From: Octopus vulgaris
Taxonomy: Eukaryota
Length of the DNA stretch: 64,000 nt
Direction: 5' to 3'
NCBI GenBank assembly: GCA_951406725.2
Contig: OX597839.1
Coordinates: 7,998,001 to 8,062,000 of the forward strand
The notes beneath the pieces are model-generated. The model had not been told where the DNA came from. It saw nothing but the letters and a program-made list of their open reading frames with translations, and searched no databases. The stretch's first letter is position 1. Every line of letters begins with the position of its first letter. A program made the translations under genes and the position numbers. Positions 11,494-24,855 of this stretch are shown piece after piece.

Positions 11494-12020
11494 GGGTAAC
11501 GGGAAAGAGAGTGGGAAGAAGAGAGAGGAGGCAAAAAAGAGTGAAAAAAGAGTGAAAACATTATTTACAATAGACATCTTCCCTGCCACTCACATGATAA
11601 TTAATATATAATGTCATTATGAAATTTGATTTTTAATTAATAAATTTTTGTCTGGTCTGTATGCAATAAGAATAATGCATATGCCTGCACGTGTCTATGT
11701 GTACGAGTGTGGGTATGTTTGCGACTGGTTGCACTGTATAACCGTGACAATTATTCATTCTTTATTTATTCTTGCGGTTGTTGATGTTCTTGGTGGCGTT
11801 CGTAGTGTCGTTGTTGTTGTTCTTGCTGTCGTCATCATTGTCTATTATATTTGTTACAGCTATTCATGTTTCGGTGTTGTTGTTGTTTTTTTGTTTTATA
11901 TCTCGGTATTCCTGCTTAATTATCATGAAATTTATCATTTTTGTTATTGCAGATGTCCTTTGCATCTGTTGACCTTTCCACCAGACGTTTGTGATATTTT
12001 TTTCCAGCAAACGTATACAT

Positions 12021-12293
12021 AGGCGTAAGTAGCTTGTTTACCAACCACATGGTTCCGGGTTCAGGCCCACTGCGTGGCATCTTGGGCAAGTGTCTTCTGC
12101 TATAGCCTCGGGCCGACCAAAGCCTTGTGAGTGGATTTGGTAGACGGAAACTGAAAAGAAGCCCGTCGTATATATATGTATATATATGTATGTGTGTGTA
12201 TATGTTTGTGTGTCTGTGTTTGTCCCCCTAGCATTGCTTGACAACCGATGCTGGTGTGTTTACGTCCCCGTAACTTAGAGTAAAGAGTAAGAG
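12021..12293 (+). mobile_element. SINE family B with internal deletions, flanked by a ~150-bp direct duplication
   Basis: Flanks 11861-12020 and 12294-12440 are homologous. Confidence 0.85.
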
Positions 12294-12487
12294 TATTCAT
12301 ATTTCGGTGTTGTGTTTTTTATATCGGTATTCCTGCTTAATTATCATGAAATTATTATTTTTGTTATTGCAGATGTCCTTTGCATCTGTTGACCTTTCCA
12401 CCAGAGGTTCGTGATATTGTTTGCCAGCAAACGTATACATGCATATATGCATGATTATTTGGGGCTCTGTTATCATATATGCATATA

Positions 12488-12787
12488 TTGTTTGTTCCTT
12501 CTCGAGCCACGCCTGGCTCATAGGGCCGGTTTCCCGGTTTCCTTGGCGTATAGGTTCCCAACCTGGACGGGACGCCGGTCCGTCGCAGGTGAGCTGCAAG
12601 ATGCAGGAGGAAAGAGTGAGGGAAAGTTGTGGTGAAAGAGTCAGCAGAAGTTCGCCATTATCTTCGGCCGGAGCCGCACGGAGCTTAGATGTTTCGCTCA
12701 GGAACACACACATCGCCAGGTCTGAGATTCAAACCCGCGATCCTTCGACTGCGAGTCCGCTGCTCTAACCACTAGGCCATGTGCCTC
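12488..12787 (-). mobile_element. tRNA-derived SINE related to family C variant 1
   Basis: Minus: GAGGCACATGGCCTAGTGGTTAGAGCAGCGG...GGGTTTGAATCTC; tail GCGACGGACCGGCGTCCCGTCCAGG. Confidence 0.8.
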
Positions 12788-12825
12788 AATATGCATATAT
12801 GCTTCAAGTAAATACAGCAATAGTA

Positions 12826-13234
12826 TTGAACGGCAGTTTTTTCTAGCGGTGTCATATGAAATTGTCACTCATAATTATGACCCTAGTATCGATCTATTGC
12901 ATTTCAATCTGTTTTAGGGTTAGGGTTAGCGTTAGGGGTGGGGGAAGGGTTTCTTTTTTTCTTCCCAAATGTAAATAAACCCAATCTGTTTCTTAAACGA
13001 GGGACATATTCATACGGCACAGAATGTTGTTTACTTCAATGGACGTCATTGATTGGTTGAAATTGCAGAAATTGAAGAAAAAAAACAACAAATATCTTAC
13101 AAACAATAGAATTTTCTCAATAACGCTAAGAGAAAAAGATGTTTTATAAACACATTCTACCAGTATACGAAGTTTAAAATTTTTAGTTACCTAGAAATTA
13201 TGTTAAAAACTGCCGTTCAAACCGAAAAGATCCC
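12826..13234 (-). mobile_element. Non-autonomous DNA element with asymmetric inverted repeats and internal TTAGGG units (Helentron/HINE-like)
   Basis: TTGAACGGCAGTTTTT (12826-12841) is inverted at AAAAACTGCCGTTCAA (13205-13220), with 14 further nt to GATCCC; TTAGGGTTAGGGTTAGCGTTAGGG near 12914; class assignment is inference. Confidence 0.6.
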
Positions 13235-13890
13235 AGTAATATATACTTCAAGTAAATACCAGTAATTGATATCTACATATAAGTTGCTAGGGAGGTGTCT
13301 AATATGTAAAACTGGTACACCCATTTGTGTTACCCTGCTATACGGAGTGACTACTTAAGCTGTTTGTAGTTCGTTAGTGGATTGAATGTGATCTTCAAGG
13401 AGAAATATACATATACACCTATTACATATTTTGGATCTTTTCGGTTTGAACGATAGTGTGGTGGTGGTGGTGGTGGTTCTGGTCGTCGTGGTTTTTCTGG
13501 TCGTCGTGGTCGTGGTAGTTCTGGCGGCGGAGGTGAGTGGTGGTGGTGGTGGTGGTGGTGGTGGTGGTGGAGGCGGTGGTAGCTCGGTACTGGTGGTGAT
13601 GGCGATGGTGCTGGCGGCGGAGGTGGGTGGTGGTGGTGGTGGTGGCGGTGGTGGTGGTGGCAGTGATGCTGGTGGTGTTGGTGTTGGTGGTGGCGTTGTG
13701 TATTCAGTCGGTGTCATTTTCGTTCCAGTTGTTGAGTTGGTGAGTTGCTCTGCTGGTTTTCTCTTGTGTATTCGAAATCTCTCGTTTCTGTTTCCTTTTT
13801 GCAAACGATCAGAGGAGGCAGCAGCAGTAGCTATGGTGTTTACGTTGCTATTGTGGATTTAGTGTCGTTTGGGATCGATGAGGAGTCGTT

Positions 13891-13935
<45 letters not shown>

Positions 13936-14120
13936 GGCTACTGCTGATGTCACTACTACTACTTCCACTACTACTACTACTGCTGCTGCTGTTGCTACTG
14001 CTGCTACTACTACTACTAACACTGTTGCTGCTACTACTACAACAACTACTACTGATAATATCATCATCAACAACAACAACAATTATAATAATAATACTGA
14101 TGATGATGAGGAGGAGGAGG

Positions 14121-14365
14121 AAAAAGGTAGCAGTAGTACCAATAATTGTCGGAACTCTGGGAACAGTAAGCAAAATTCTCGGAAAGTACGTGGGACAAAT
14201 TCGGACTGCAATAAGGGTGGAGCACTTGCAGAAAACAGCACAGCTTGGAACCGCTAGAATACTCCGGAAGGTGCTCGAAAAATAAGAGGTGTTACCTTAG
14301 TTCACTGGTGGTGAACAGCTGACACTGTAGTACATCTCCAGCGTTAGAAGCTGTGCAAAGACAAT
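14121..14365 (+). pseudogene. 3' end of R4/Dong-like non-LTR retrotransposon (end of RLE domain + 3' UTR)
   Basis: KVAVVPIIVGTLGTV...LQKTAQLGTARILRKVLEK*, a typical R4-clade C-terminus; followed by (AAC)(AAT)n. Confidence 0.8.
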
Positions 14366-14398
14366 TACAATGATGATGACGACAACAACAACAACAAC

Positions 14399-14444
<46 letters not shown>

Positions 14445-14447
<3 letters not shown>

Positions 14448-14760
14448 TGGCATCTCAAGGCGACTACAGTACCAGTGTTTGTAGGATCTCTAGGAATGAT
14501 AAAAAAGGTACTGAAGCCTAGTTGAAAATGATACCAGGCTTACCATCCCTACAGGAAGTGCAAAAAATCGTGTTGACTGGAACGACTCATGTACTGAGAA
14601 GAGCATTATCGCTGTGAAAACAACACATATTCATGAATTTATTTATTTATTTATTTATATTTATTTTTTTTACCTGTGAATTTGCATTTGTAATCTGCGA
14701 AAGCATACAATGTACAGAAAACACACGTTGAGAAATGGAAGAAAAATTTGAAGAAGAAGG
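14445..14760 (+). pseudogene. 3' end of a second, divergent R4/Dong-like element
   Basis: MWHLKATTVPVFVGSLGMIK/KGTEA*LKMIPGLPSLQEVQKIVLTGTTHVLRRALSL*, with a frameshift and a stop; (AAT)n on both sides. Confidence 0.75.
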
Positions 14761-14763
14761 AAA

Positions 14764-14823
<60 letters not shown>

Positions 14824-14977
14824 GATAATAATAATGAAGATGATGATGATAATAATAATGAAGATGATGATGAGAATAATAATGAAGATGATGATAATGA
14901 TGATGATAATAATAATAATAATGATGATAATGATAATAATAATAATAATGATGATGATAATAATAATGAAGATGATG

Positions 14978-15029
<52 letters not shown>

Positions 15030-15116
15030 AGATGATGATAATAATAATAATGATAATAATAATAATGATGATGATGATGATGATGATGATAATGATAATA
15101 ATAATAATAATAATAA

Positions 15117-15311
15117 TTCTTTCTATTAAAGGCACAAGGCCTGAAATTTGTGTAGAGGGGAACTAGTCGATCACATCGACCCTAGTACGCAACTGGTACT
15201 TAATTTATCGATCACGAAAGGATGAAAGGCAAAGTCGACCTCGGCGGAATTTGAACTCAGAACGTAACGGCAGACGAAATACGGCTACGCTTTTCGCCCG
15301 GCGTGCTAACG
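15117..15311 (-). mobile_element. SINE family A with alternative tail (A')
   Basis: Family A head and core joined to tail AAATTTCAGGCCTTGTGCCTTTAATAGAAAG-(ATT)n. Confidence 0.8.
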
Positions 15312-15314
15312 GAA

Positions 15315-15354
<40 letters not shown>

Positions 15355-15730
15355 TCATGTAGTTTATTTATCAGCCCCTATATTATGAAAGTTGGAATTG
15401 ACATCGACGAGATTGGAAATCAAAGCATCGATTGAACCAGGAAAATATTACCAATGCGTACGAGCGCATATCATTGAATAGAGCTAAATGCACGGCTGGC
15501 ACTTATTTTATCGATGTATTTGTTAATTAATAAACGGAACATTTGGGACTGACGGGATTCGAATTTCAGATAATTATTATTGAATGAAAGCGAAGTCTAA
15601 CAAAGCGAGCAACATTTCGTTTTGGCATTAAACAACGGAACATCATTCACAACATCAAAACATAAACCACTTTCTATCATTGAAACCATTCTTGCCTCTG
15701 TCGTAATCATTGCTAGTACTATAGCTGTAA

Positions 15731-16300
15731 TATTGGGTTGTCCGGAAAGTTCGTGCCGATTTATAGTAGCTTGCCTTTCGACTTAATTTAGAACATGGTT
15801 GAGTCCATAAAATAGGATTTGACTACACCTCCATTTAGAGCACAGTTTAAGCTATCTTTTTGTGGAAGAAGGTTTATGTTCCTATAAGCTGTGTTCATTT
15901 TGTAACCCTTTAAAATGGAAGATAAGGAAGTTCATTTTTGGCACTTGATGCTTTTGAAACCGGGCAAAAATTGCTGCAGCTCGGCTGGTATGTGTTACCC
16001 CACCCTCCATATTCACCAGATATTGCTCCTTCGGATTTCCACTCATTCAGGTTTCTGCAGAATAGTCATACTGGTAAAAATTTCAATTCCTTGGATGACG
16101 TAGAAAGATACCTTGATGAATTCTTTGCCATGAAACCCCCTCAATTCTGGGAAGAGGGTATTTTCAAGTTAAAGGAAAGATGGAGACGCATTGTGCAACA
16201 AAATGGTTCATATTTGGTTGATTAAAAATGTAACGGCAAGTATCTATTGACCGTTTTCTTTCCTTTAAAAGTCGGCACGAACTTTCCGGACAACCCAATA
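15731..16300 (+). mobile_element. Internally deleted mariner transposon, copy 1
   Basis: TA-flanked TIRs TTGGGTTGTCCGGAAAGTTCGTGCCGA / TCGGCACGAACTTTCCGGACAACCCAA; transposase remnant LPHPPYSPDIAPSDFH...GIFKLKERW. Confidence 0.95.
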
Positions 16301-16389
16301 GTAATCGTCACCATCCACCATTAATAACAATACTAGTCCGTAGGAGAGTCTATACGCGGTGTCAGCTAGAAATAGCAGTCAAATTTTTT

Positions 16390-16613
16390 TTAATCCTTTA
16401 GTATTCAAATTATTCTGTCAGATGTAATATTTATTCACATTGTTTTTAATTATTCCTGCATCATCTAGCATCTTTGAGATTTCGATCATGTGATCAACCA
16501 TTTTTCGGATGACATTGTAGGGTAGATGTAAGAGGCCTAATCTGGCTGGTTTGAACATAATACAGGTAGAATATTTGGACTGGATATATCCGGTTTAAAT
16601 GCTAAGGTATTAA
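16390..16613. mobile_element. Degenerate TTAA-flanked MITE (piggyBac-like)
   Basis: TTAA-TCCTTTAGTATTCAAA ... TTTAAATGCTAAGGTA-TTAA imperfect TIRs; interrupts a repeat whose homologue lies at 17105-17280. Confidence 0.55.
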
Positions 16614-16653
16614 ATCACACCCTATTGTCATAAATAAAGAAAAGATGCATTAC

Positions 16654-17073
16654 GGCACAGGAGTGGCTGTGTGGTAAGTAGCTTGCTTACCAACCACATG
16701 GTTCCGGGTTCAGTCCCACAGCGTGGCACCTTAGGCAAGTGTCTTCTACTATAGCTTCGGGCCGACCAAAGCCTTGTGAGTGAATTTGGTAGACGGAAAC
16801 TGAAAGAAGCCTGTCGTTTCTAAGTATATGTACATATTTATGTGTGTGTGTCTTTGAGCTTGTATTCGTCCCCCCACCCCTGTCCCATCGCTTAACAACC
16901 AATGTTGAAGTATTTATGTCACTGTAAAATAGCGGTTCGGTAAAAGAGACCGATAGAATAAGTACTAGGCTTACAATGAATAAGTCCTAAAGTCGATTTC
17001 ATCGACTAAAACACCGTTAAGACGGTGCTCCAGCATAGCCGCTGTCAAATGACTGAAACAAGTAAAAGAATAA
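16654..17073 (+). mobile_element. SINE family B, full length
   Basis: GGCACAGGAGTGGCTGTGTGGTAAG...GGGTTCAGTCCC...GACTGAAACAAGTAAAAG. Confidence 0.9.
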
Positions 17074-17104
17074 AATAACAACGCGCCCTTGATAGAACAA
17101 CTAT

Positions 17105-17280
17105 GTGGCCACTTGCCTGCTAGAAATAGCAGCAGCACACAAATTCCTCTTAAATGATATACTATCCTCTTACGTAATGTAGTCCTGGGTTCCTATATAG
17201 GAGAAAAAAGGGATAGTCGCGGATGGAATGCCATTGATCATATGTCTGTTCGACCAGAATTGCTACGGGGTTAAACAGCA
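17105..17280 (+). mobile_element. Old dispersed repeat (family D); related copies near 16355-16650 (+), 20153-20370 (-), 48385-48540 (-)
   Basis: Shared GCTAGAAATAGCAG...GGAATGCC(A/T)TTGATCAT...GGGGTTAAAC motifs. Confidence 0.6.
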
Positions 17281-17621
17281 ATGCAAATAGCATTATCAGC
17301 ACCGAGACCGTCTTCCCCTAACCCTAACCCTTATACTAACCCCCAACAAAGATCAACCAGCATTTCAATGTCACCCTTGTGTAATTCTAAATCATCTCCA
17401 ACACTATTAAGACCAGCTTCGCAAACCACAAATCACAAACAGCCGCCATTCATTCAACAAAACAACCCAGCATCGACACCGCCGCCGCCACCACCACCAC
17501 CACCATCAACAACAACAACAACAACAACACTACCATCAACACCACTACCAATACCACAAACAGAATGAATGCAGCTACAATAACAACAATAGACGCAAAC
17601 AATATTAATCAACAACTGCCT

Positions 17622-17972
17622 TCATCGTCGTCGCCATCATCATCATCATCCTCATCATCATCATCATCACCACCACCATCACCGTCGTCGTCGTCATCAT
17701 CATCATCACCATCACCACCACCATCATCATCACCCCCACCATCATCATTACCATCACCGTCATTATCCTCATTATCACCACCATCATCATCACCATAATC
17801 ACTGTCATTGTCATCATCATCGTCATGATCGCCATCATCATCATCATCATCATCATCTTCATCATCATCATCATCACCACCATCATCATCATCCTCACCA
17901 CCACCATCACCACCACCATCATCATCATTATCATCATCACCATTACCATCACCACCATCATCATCATCATCA
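17622..17972. repeat. (CAT/CAC)n compound trinucleotide repeat
   Basis: Direct inspection. Confidence 0.95.
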
Positions 17973-19089
17973 TTCTTTCAGTCACAACCACTCAACCAAG
18001 AAACACCAAACAGGGAAAATTACATCACGTGTACATGGACACACACGTACATATACACGTATACATACGCATACATACGCTTATTCCTGCATACATGTTT
18101 ACATACATGAATGTGGCCATACATACATGCCTGCATACTTACATGCAGTTGCACCAATCTCTTCTTTCAACCGACCAACGAACAACTCAGCCGCCACCCT
18201 TAAAACCATTGCGGACAATAAGATCACGAAAAACGAAAATATATTAAACACAAAATAACCATTCTCATACGCATGCGCACCATGCAAATTACACACATTC
18301 CAAAACTTTCTTTCGGACACATTGTAGTACGCAAACATGCATGCATACATATCTACATATATATATGCATACATATATATTACACAGACACACAGACACA
18401 CAAACACACACACTGGCACACATACGTAAGTATATCTTCATTTACGCATGTGTATATGCGTACATATATACATAGATACACGCATGTATAGACTAGGGGA
18501 AATGAATACATAAACACACGCACGATTATATACATACAGGCATACACATACGCATGGATATAGAAAGAAGTGTATGCCCATATATTTACACAAGCATACA
18601 AATACGCATACAATGCGTACACGTATACATACGTAATACATAACTACACAATCCAGTTCAACCAGCCAACCAACCAACCAATCAACACAGCATGTGCCGT
18701 AATTATTAGAGCGTGCATCACTGTTAAACTTAATGATACAGCAAAATTCATTAAATTGCGGAGAAAAAAACGAAGAAGAAAACAAAACAAAACAGAGAGA
18801 AAAAAATGGACGGTGAGGTTGGAAAACTTAAAAAGCGATCTGTGAAATCAAAATGGCGAATGTCGTTTCATTTTCATTTTTTCTTCGCTAATTTTTTTTG
18901 GTTCCTGTTATTTTATTATTTGTTATTGTAATTTTAGATACTTTTTTCATTGTTCTATTTTTGTTACTGTTCTTTTAATTTTTAATATTTTTACTAACTA
19001 AGCTCGAGATATTAGCAGGGATGTTGTTGGCTGGTGGTAGCGCCGATGATTTTGATGTCATTGTTGTTGTTTTTGTTGTTCGTTGTCGC

Positions 19090-19144
<55 letters not shown>

Positions 19145-19181
19145 GTTATTGTTATTATTATTATTATTATTGTTGTTATTG

Positions 19182-19222
<41 letters not shown>

Positions 19223-19901
19223 GTTGTTGTTATGATTATTATTATTATTAGCAGTGATGCTGGTGTCGTTTGTAGTTGACGTGGTAGGAATGGCGCATTT
19301 AGTTGTGGTGGGGGTAAAAGGAACGGTAGTACTGTTGTTGGTGGTGATGCTGGTGGCATTGGTATTTGTGGTGATTTTAATGAAGATGCTGATGATGATG
19401 ATGATGACGATGATGACGATGATGATGATGACAACGATGATGATGTTGATGATGAGGACAACTATGATGATGACGACGGTGATGATGATGGCAATGATGA
19501 TTGCGATGGTAGCGATGGTCGTGTTGGTGCTTCGTGGTGTTGGTAGGGCTGCATGTTTGAGGTTAATACCCTTGGACTTTCGTGTTATTGTTGCGGTTTC
19601 GGCGGTTTTTAAGAGTCATTGATTTTGTAACGCTTGCGTTGTTACTCTGGTTGTTCTTGTTGTTGCTGTTCTTGTTGATGTTGCCATTGTTGTTGTTGCT
19701 TATGATGTTAATGGCGTTTTTTTTTCATCATCATGATAATGGTGATAGTGAAGGTGGTTGTGGTGGTGGCGGTGGCGGTGGTGGTTGTGGCGGTGGTGGT
19801 GGCGGTGGTGAAATAGATGAGGTCGCTACAGTTGATACGTTTCTGGTAATACTTGCAGTAATGAGGTTGAAATTTCATCATCATCATAATCATCATCATC
19901 A

Positions 19902-19941
<40 letters not shown>

Positions 19942-19988
19942 CATTATTATTATTATTATTATTATCATTATTATTATTATTATTATTA

Positions 19989-20028
<40 letters not shown>

Positions 20029-20582
20029 GGCGGTTGTGTAATCTTCGATAGTTCTTCAGCATATAATGGGTATTTTAAAAAAATTTTAATGTATTTTTTC
20101 TTCGTAATATTTATTGGTGTTTCTCTTGTTATTATAGTTATTATAATAATGGTTTAACTCCATGTCAGCTCTGATCAAACAGATTTATGATCAAAGGCAT
20201 TCCAGCCGCGACCATCCCGCTTGTTTATTTCTTTATTTTTTTTTATTAACGCAGGAATAATGTATCTAGGATTACATCATCAAATGTACCTTTATTATTA
20301 CTGTTTAAGACGGTACATTGTGATACGAAGATGCTACTGCAGTTTCCAATGACCATGTCGAAAATCTCTCATTAATGTTCGTTCTTTAAGCCTCTGTCAC
20401 CAAATAGATCTATAATCGAAGACTTCACATCTGTGACCATCCTGATTACTTAAAAATTTTCTCGATTGTAGCGTATTTAGTAAAACATTATCCAATACAG
20501 TGGTTCTAGACTATAACGTACTTCGTTCTACATTATCTAGTTATTTCATAAAGCTATAATATAATAATATATAACATAATAT

Positions 20583-21122
20583 AGGAGAGTAAGGGCCGGA
20601 TGGAAGGCGTTTAATGACATAAGGGATGCGCTCAAGGGAAGGTTGGACAGGACCACCCGCGCCAACCTCATCAACAGTACTGTTCTACCTGCAATGTTAT
20701 ATGGTAGTGAAACATGGGCTACAACAAAGAGAGAAGAGCAGAGACTGGTAACGGCTCAAAGAGCCATGGAAAGGTCAATGCTTGGTATCTCCTTGAGAGA
20801 GCACATAAGTAGCGAGATCATCAGAAGAGGTCCGGCGTGAGGGATGTCATCGCAGAGAATACACGCAGCAAGTATAGATGGGCTGGATACGTCGCCCGGC
20901 TCACCGATAATCGGTGGACCCGCGCAGATGTCGAGTGGTACCCGCGCGAGCGGAAACGACCACCCGTAAAGGCCTCCACGACGGTGGAGTTACGATTTCA
21001 GGAGGACGATTGGGATCATGTGGATGAGAAAGGCGCGATCCAGAGAGGAGTGGACAGCGTGCTTTGACCAGCGGTGTCAAACGGACGCCCGATGGACTGG
21101 TCGGTCAAGGTGATCAAGGTGA
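20583..21122 (+). pseudogene. 5'-truncated RTE-clade LINE (C-terminal ORF2 region + tail)
   Basis: RRVRAGWKAF...VLPAMLYGSETW...QRAMERSMLGISLREH...RWAGYVAR..DNRWT...WYPRERKRP, with frameshifts; tail (TCAAGGTGA)2. Confidence 0.9.
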
Positions 21123-21523
21123 TATATATAGCAGCTACATCACGCATAAATCGGTTTACGAACGATGTTTCGAACATAAAACGTCTCGAGTGACGAACGA
21201 TGTCTTGAGAAACGAACACGCAAGCCGAAGGACAGCGGTTAACTACAAGCTGGGAGTATTAGCGGGAGAACACCAGTTGCCGCCTAGCTTTCATTCATTG
21301 CAAATCCCTGCTCAAATTAGCCATGCCTTCTCTGGAATTTGTAAAGGGGAGAATAGTTTCGGTTTATGAACATTTCGGGTGAACCACTGGGTTCAGGAAC
21401 GAGTTCACTTCGTAAACCAAGGCTGCAGTGTGTATATAATATTCATATCATATAAATGTACATACATACATACATACATACATACATACATACATACATA
21501 CATACATACATACATACATACAT

Positions 21524-21571
<48 letters not shown>

Positions 21572-21712
21572 CGTTTAAAAATTTTTTAAAAATTAAAATA
21601 AGAAATAAGTGGAAATTTTACCGGTGAGTGTGTTACATTATAAGGGACAAAAAGAAAATGACTCTCCCCAGACACAACAGTATATATATACATAAATGCA
21701 TACATAAATAAG

Positions 21713-21764
<52 letters not shown>

Positions 21765-21891
21765 ATACATATACATATATATATATGCAAATATATATAT
21801 GCAAATATATAGATGTATATATATGTCTCTCTCAATATATATGTATATATATATGTATATATGTATATATATATATGTATATATATATATG

Positions 21892-21922
<31 letters not shown>

Positions 21923-22687
21923 GCATATATATATATATGTCTGTGTGTGTGTATGTGTGTGTATACATTCGCGTGTGTCTGTGTGCTTGTGTGTTTCTCT
22001 GAGCCATTGCGCGCGCATATGTGATTTCGCATATATATTTGTAAGTACGTTACCAAGTACATTATGCGCGCGTGAGAGCGAGCGTGTGTGTGTGTGTGTG
22101 CCTGTGTGTCTGTGTGTATACATATTTATGTATGCGTGCGTATTCATATATGTGCATGTATTTTTTTTTTAACATTATCTCCTGACCAACCTTTCGGATT
22201 AAGAGATTACAAGAGAGTATCGTTCGATAAAATGTAAGAGAAGGAACGGTGGAGTGAAAGAAGGAGGCTGGACGGAAAGAAAACAAGACATAAATATATT
22301 TAAACGTGGAAAGAAGATGACTGCAAGATGTGATAAAAGGAGAAAACTAAACAAACAAGCTATCAACAAACTTTGATAGAAAGAGATAATGTGACGTCAG
22401 GAACATGTGCAGGGAATATGGTGGACGATCTGAGTACTAAGACGACAACGGTACCGCGCTTGTGGTTCTGTGCGTATTATATGTAATGGAGTGTCTGCTG
22501 GGCGAGTGTGCATACATACACACACTCACACACGTGCACACTAATATATATATATATATAAATATATATATACATATATATATATATATCACACACACAC
22601 ACACACACACATATATATGATTATATGTAAATATATTCATATATATATATACGCACACACACATACACACACACACACATACATATC

Positions 22688-22729
<42 letters not shown>

Positions 22730-22798
22730 CGCTCATGGATATTAGCCTGTAATGATGTTCATATAATAGCTAATAAAGTGATTGCGTGTATATATATA

Positions 22799-22850
<52 letters not shown>

Positions 22851-22877
22851 AATATATATATATGCGTGTAAATGTGC

Positions 22878-22909
<32 letters not shown>

Positions 22910-23264
22910 AATATGTGTCTTTGTGTTTCAGTGGTGGGGACGGTAGCGTCTGTGTGTATGTATGTGTGTTTATATATTTCATAAAGCAATACAGGCAGTA
23001 ACATTACGTATATAAACAAACGCTCTTGTTGATATCTGCTTAACGTTGTAAAGTCAGGACTGAAAAGCCTCCGAGAATTAGCTGAAACGCACGTAAGACT
23101 TGATGGAGAAATTGGCTACGTGATGTTGGTTAAAGCTTATAATAATGTGTTCCTTGTTGAAATAATAGGATGTGCTTATCAAACACAGTTCACAAACACA
23201 GGGACACGCATACAGATAGGTGTGGATGTATGCATATAAACAGACAGATATAGATATATACATG

Positions 23265-23317
<53 letters not shown>

Positions 23318-23549
23318 CGATGTAGACAGATAGACATAGATAGATAGATAGATGTAGACAGATAGACATAGATATATAGATATAGATAGATAGAGAGAGA
23401 GAGACAGATAAATAGATATAGATAGATAGACATAAATAGATAGATAGATATAGATAGATAGATAGATAGGTATAGATAGATAGATAGATAGATAGATATA
23501 TAGATAGATAGATAGGTATAGATAGATAGATAGGTATAGATCGATAGGT

Positions 23550-23583
<34 letters not shown>
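23265..23583. repeat. (GATA)n microsatellite
   Basis: Direct inspection. Confidence 0.95.
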
Positions 23584-23584
<1 letters not shown>

Positions 23585-24286
23585 TGCACGCTTACAAACG
23601 CATACGTGTGTGTGTGTGTTTGTATTTATGTATATACATGGTCACTTTAGTATGTGCTCAGCCGTGTGGTTTCTTCAAATACATAGGTGTGTGTAAACAG
23701 TGAAGTTTAGGTCTCAACACGCGTTGTCAGCTGCAGAACATTACACTGTTGTCTTTCTCCCTTCTTTCCTTCCTTCCTTTCTTTAGTCGTTTCATTCTTT
23801 CCTTCTTACCTTCTTTCTTTCTTTCCTTCTTTCTTACTAAAGTGTGTGGTGTGTATAGTGGGTTATGTGTTTATATTTTTCTATGATGGTTGGACAACAT
23901 AATTGATACTGATCAGCGAAAACGAAAAATCTCTTCTTCCTCCCTTCTTCTTCTTCTCCTCCTCCTCCTCCTCCTTCTTCTTCTTCTTCTTCTTCTTCTT
24001 CTTCTTCTTCTTCTTCTTCTTCTTCTTCTTCTTCTTCTTCTTCTTCTTCTTCTTCTTCTCCTCCTCCCTCTTCTTTATTTCCTCTTTCATTTTCTTCTTC
24101 CCGTTATTTCTCCGTCTCCATCAGCGTCACAATCATCATCATCATCATAAACACCATCAACGTAATTATCTCTATCATCATTTCCATTTTTCTTTCTTCT
24201 GGTCCATGAACAACAGAACCATAGTATGTGTCTGCGCTACATAGGTGACCACATCGCAAGGCCACTATGGAGTTTGGCGTTGAATG

Positions 24287-24855
24287 TATTGGGTTGTCCG
24301 GAAAGTTCGTGCCGATTTTTAAAGGAAAGAAAAAGGTCAATAAACATTTGCCATTACATTTTTAATTAACTATATATGATCCATTTTGTTGCACAACGCG
24401 TCTCCATCTTTCCTTTAAGTTGAAAATACCCTCCTCCCAGAATTGAGGTGATTTCATGGCAAAGAATTCATCTAGGTATCTTTTTACGTCATCCAAGAAA
24501 TTGAAATTTTTACTATTAAGACTATTCTGCATAGGCCTGAATAAGTGGAAATCCGAAGGAGCAATGTTTGGTGAATATGGAGGGTGGGGTAACACATCCC
24601 AGTCGAGCTGCAACAATTTTTTCTGGTTCCCAAAGCATCAAATGCCGAAAATGAATTTTCTTATCTTTCATTTTAAAGGCTTACAAAATTAACTCAGGTT
24701 ATAGGAACATAAACCTTCTTCCACGTAAAGATAGCTTAAACTGTGCTCTAAATGGAGGCCTAGTCAAATCCTATTTTATGGACTCAACCATGTTCTAAAA
24801 TAAGTCGAAAGGTAAGCTACTATGAATCGGCACGAACTTTCCGGACAACACAATA
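24287..24855 (-). mobile_element. Internally deleted mariner transposon, copy 2
   Basis: Same TIRs, TA TSD and deletion junction as 15731-16300; LPHPPYSPNIAPSDFHLF. Confidence 0.95.

Noticed and set aside
21125-21434. Tigger/pogo-like MITE (GGTTTACGAAC / TTCGTAAACC motifs)
   Set aside because: Inverted motifs are present, but termini and TSD are too decayed to define
23050-23101. Possible hammerhead (CTGAAAA...GAAACGCACGTA AGACTT)
   Set aside because: Core lacks G8, helix II is weak and helix I is offset; at most a decayed relic
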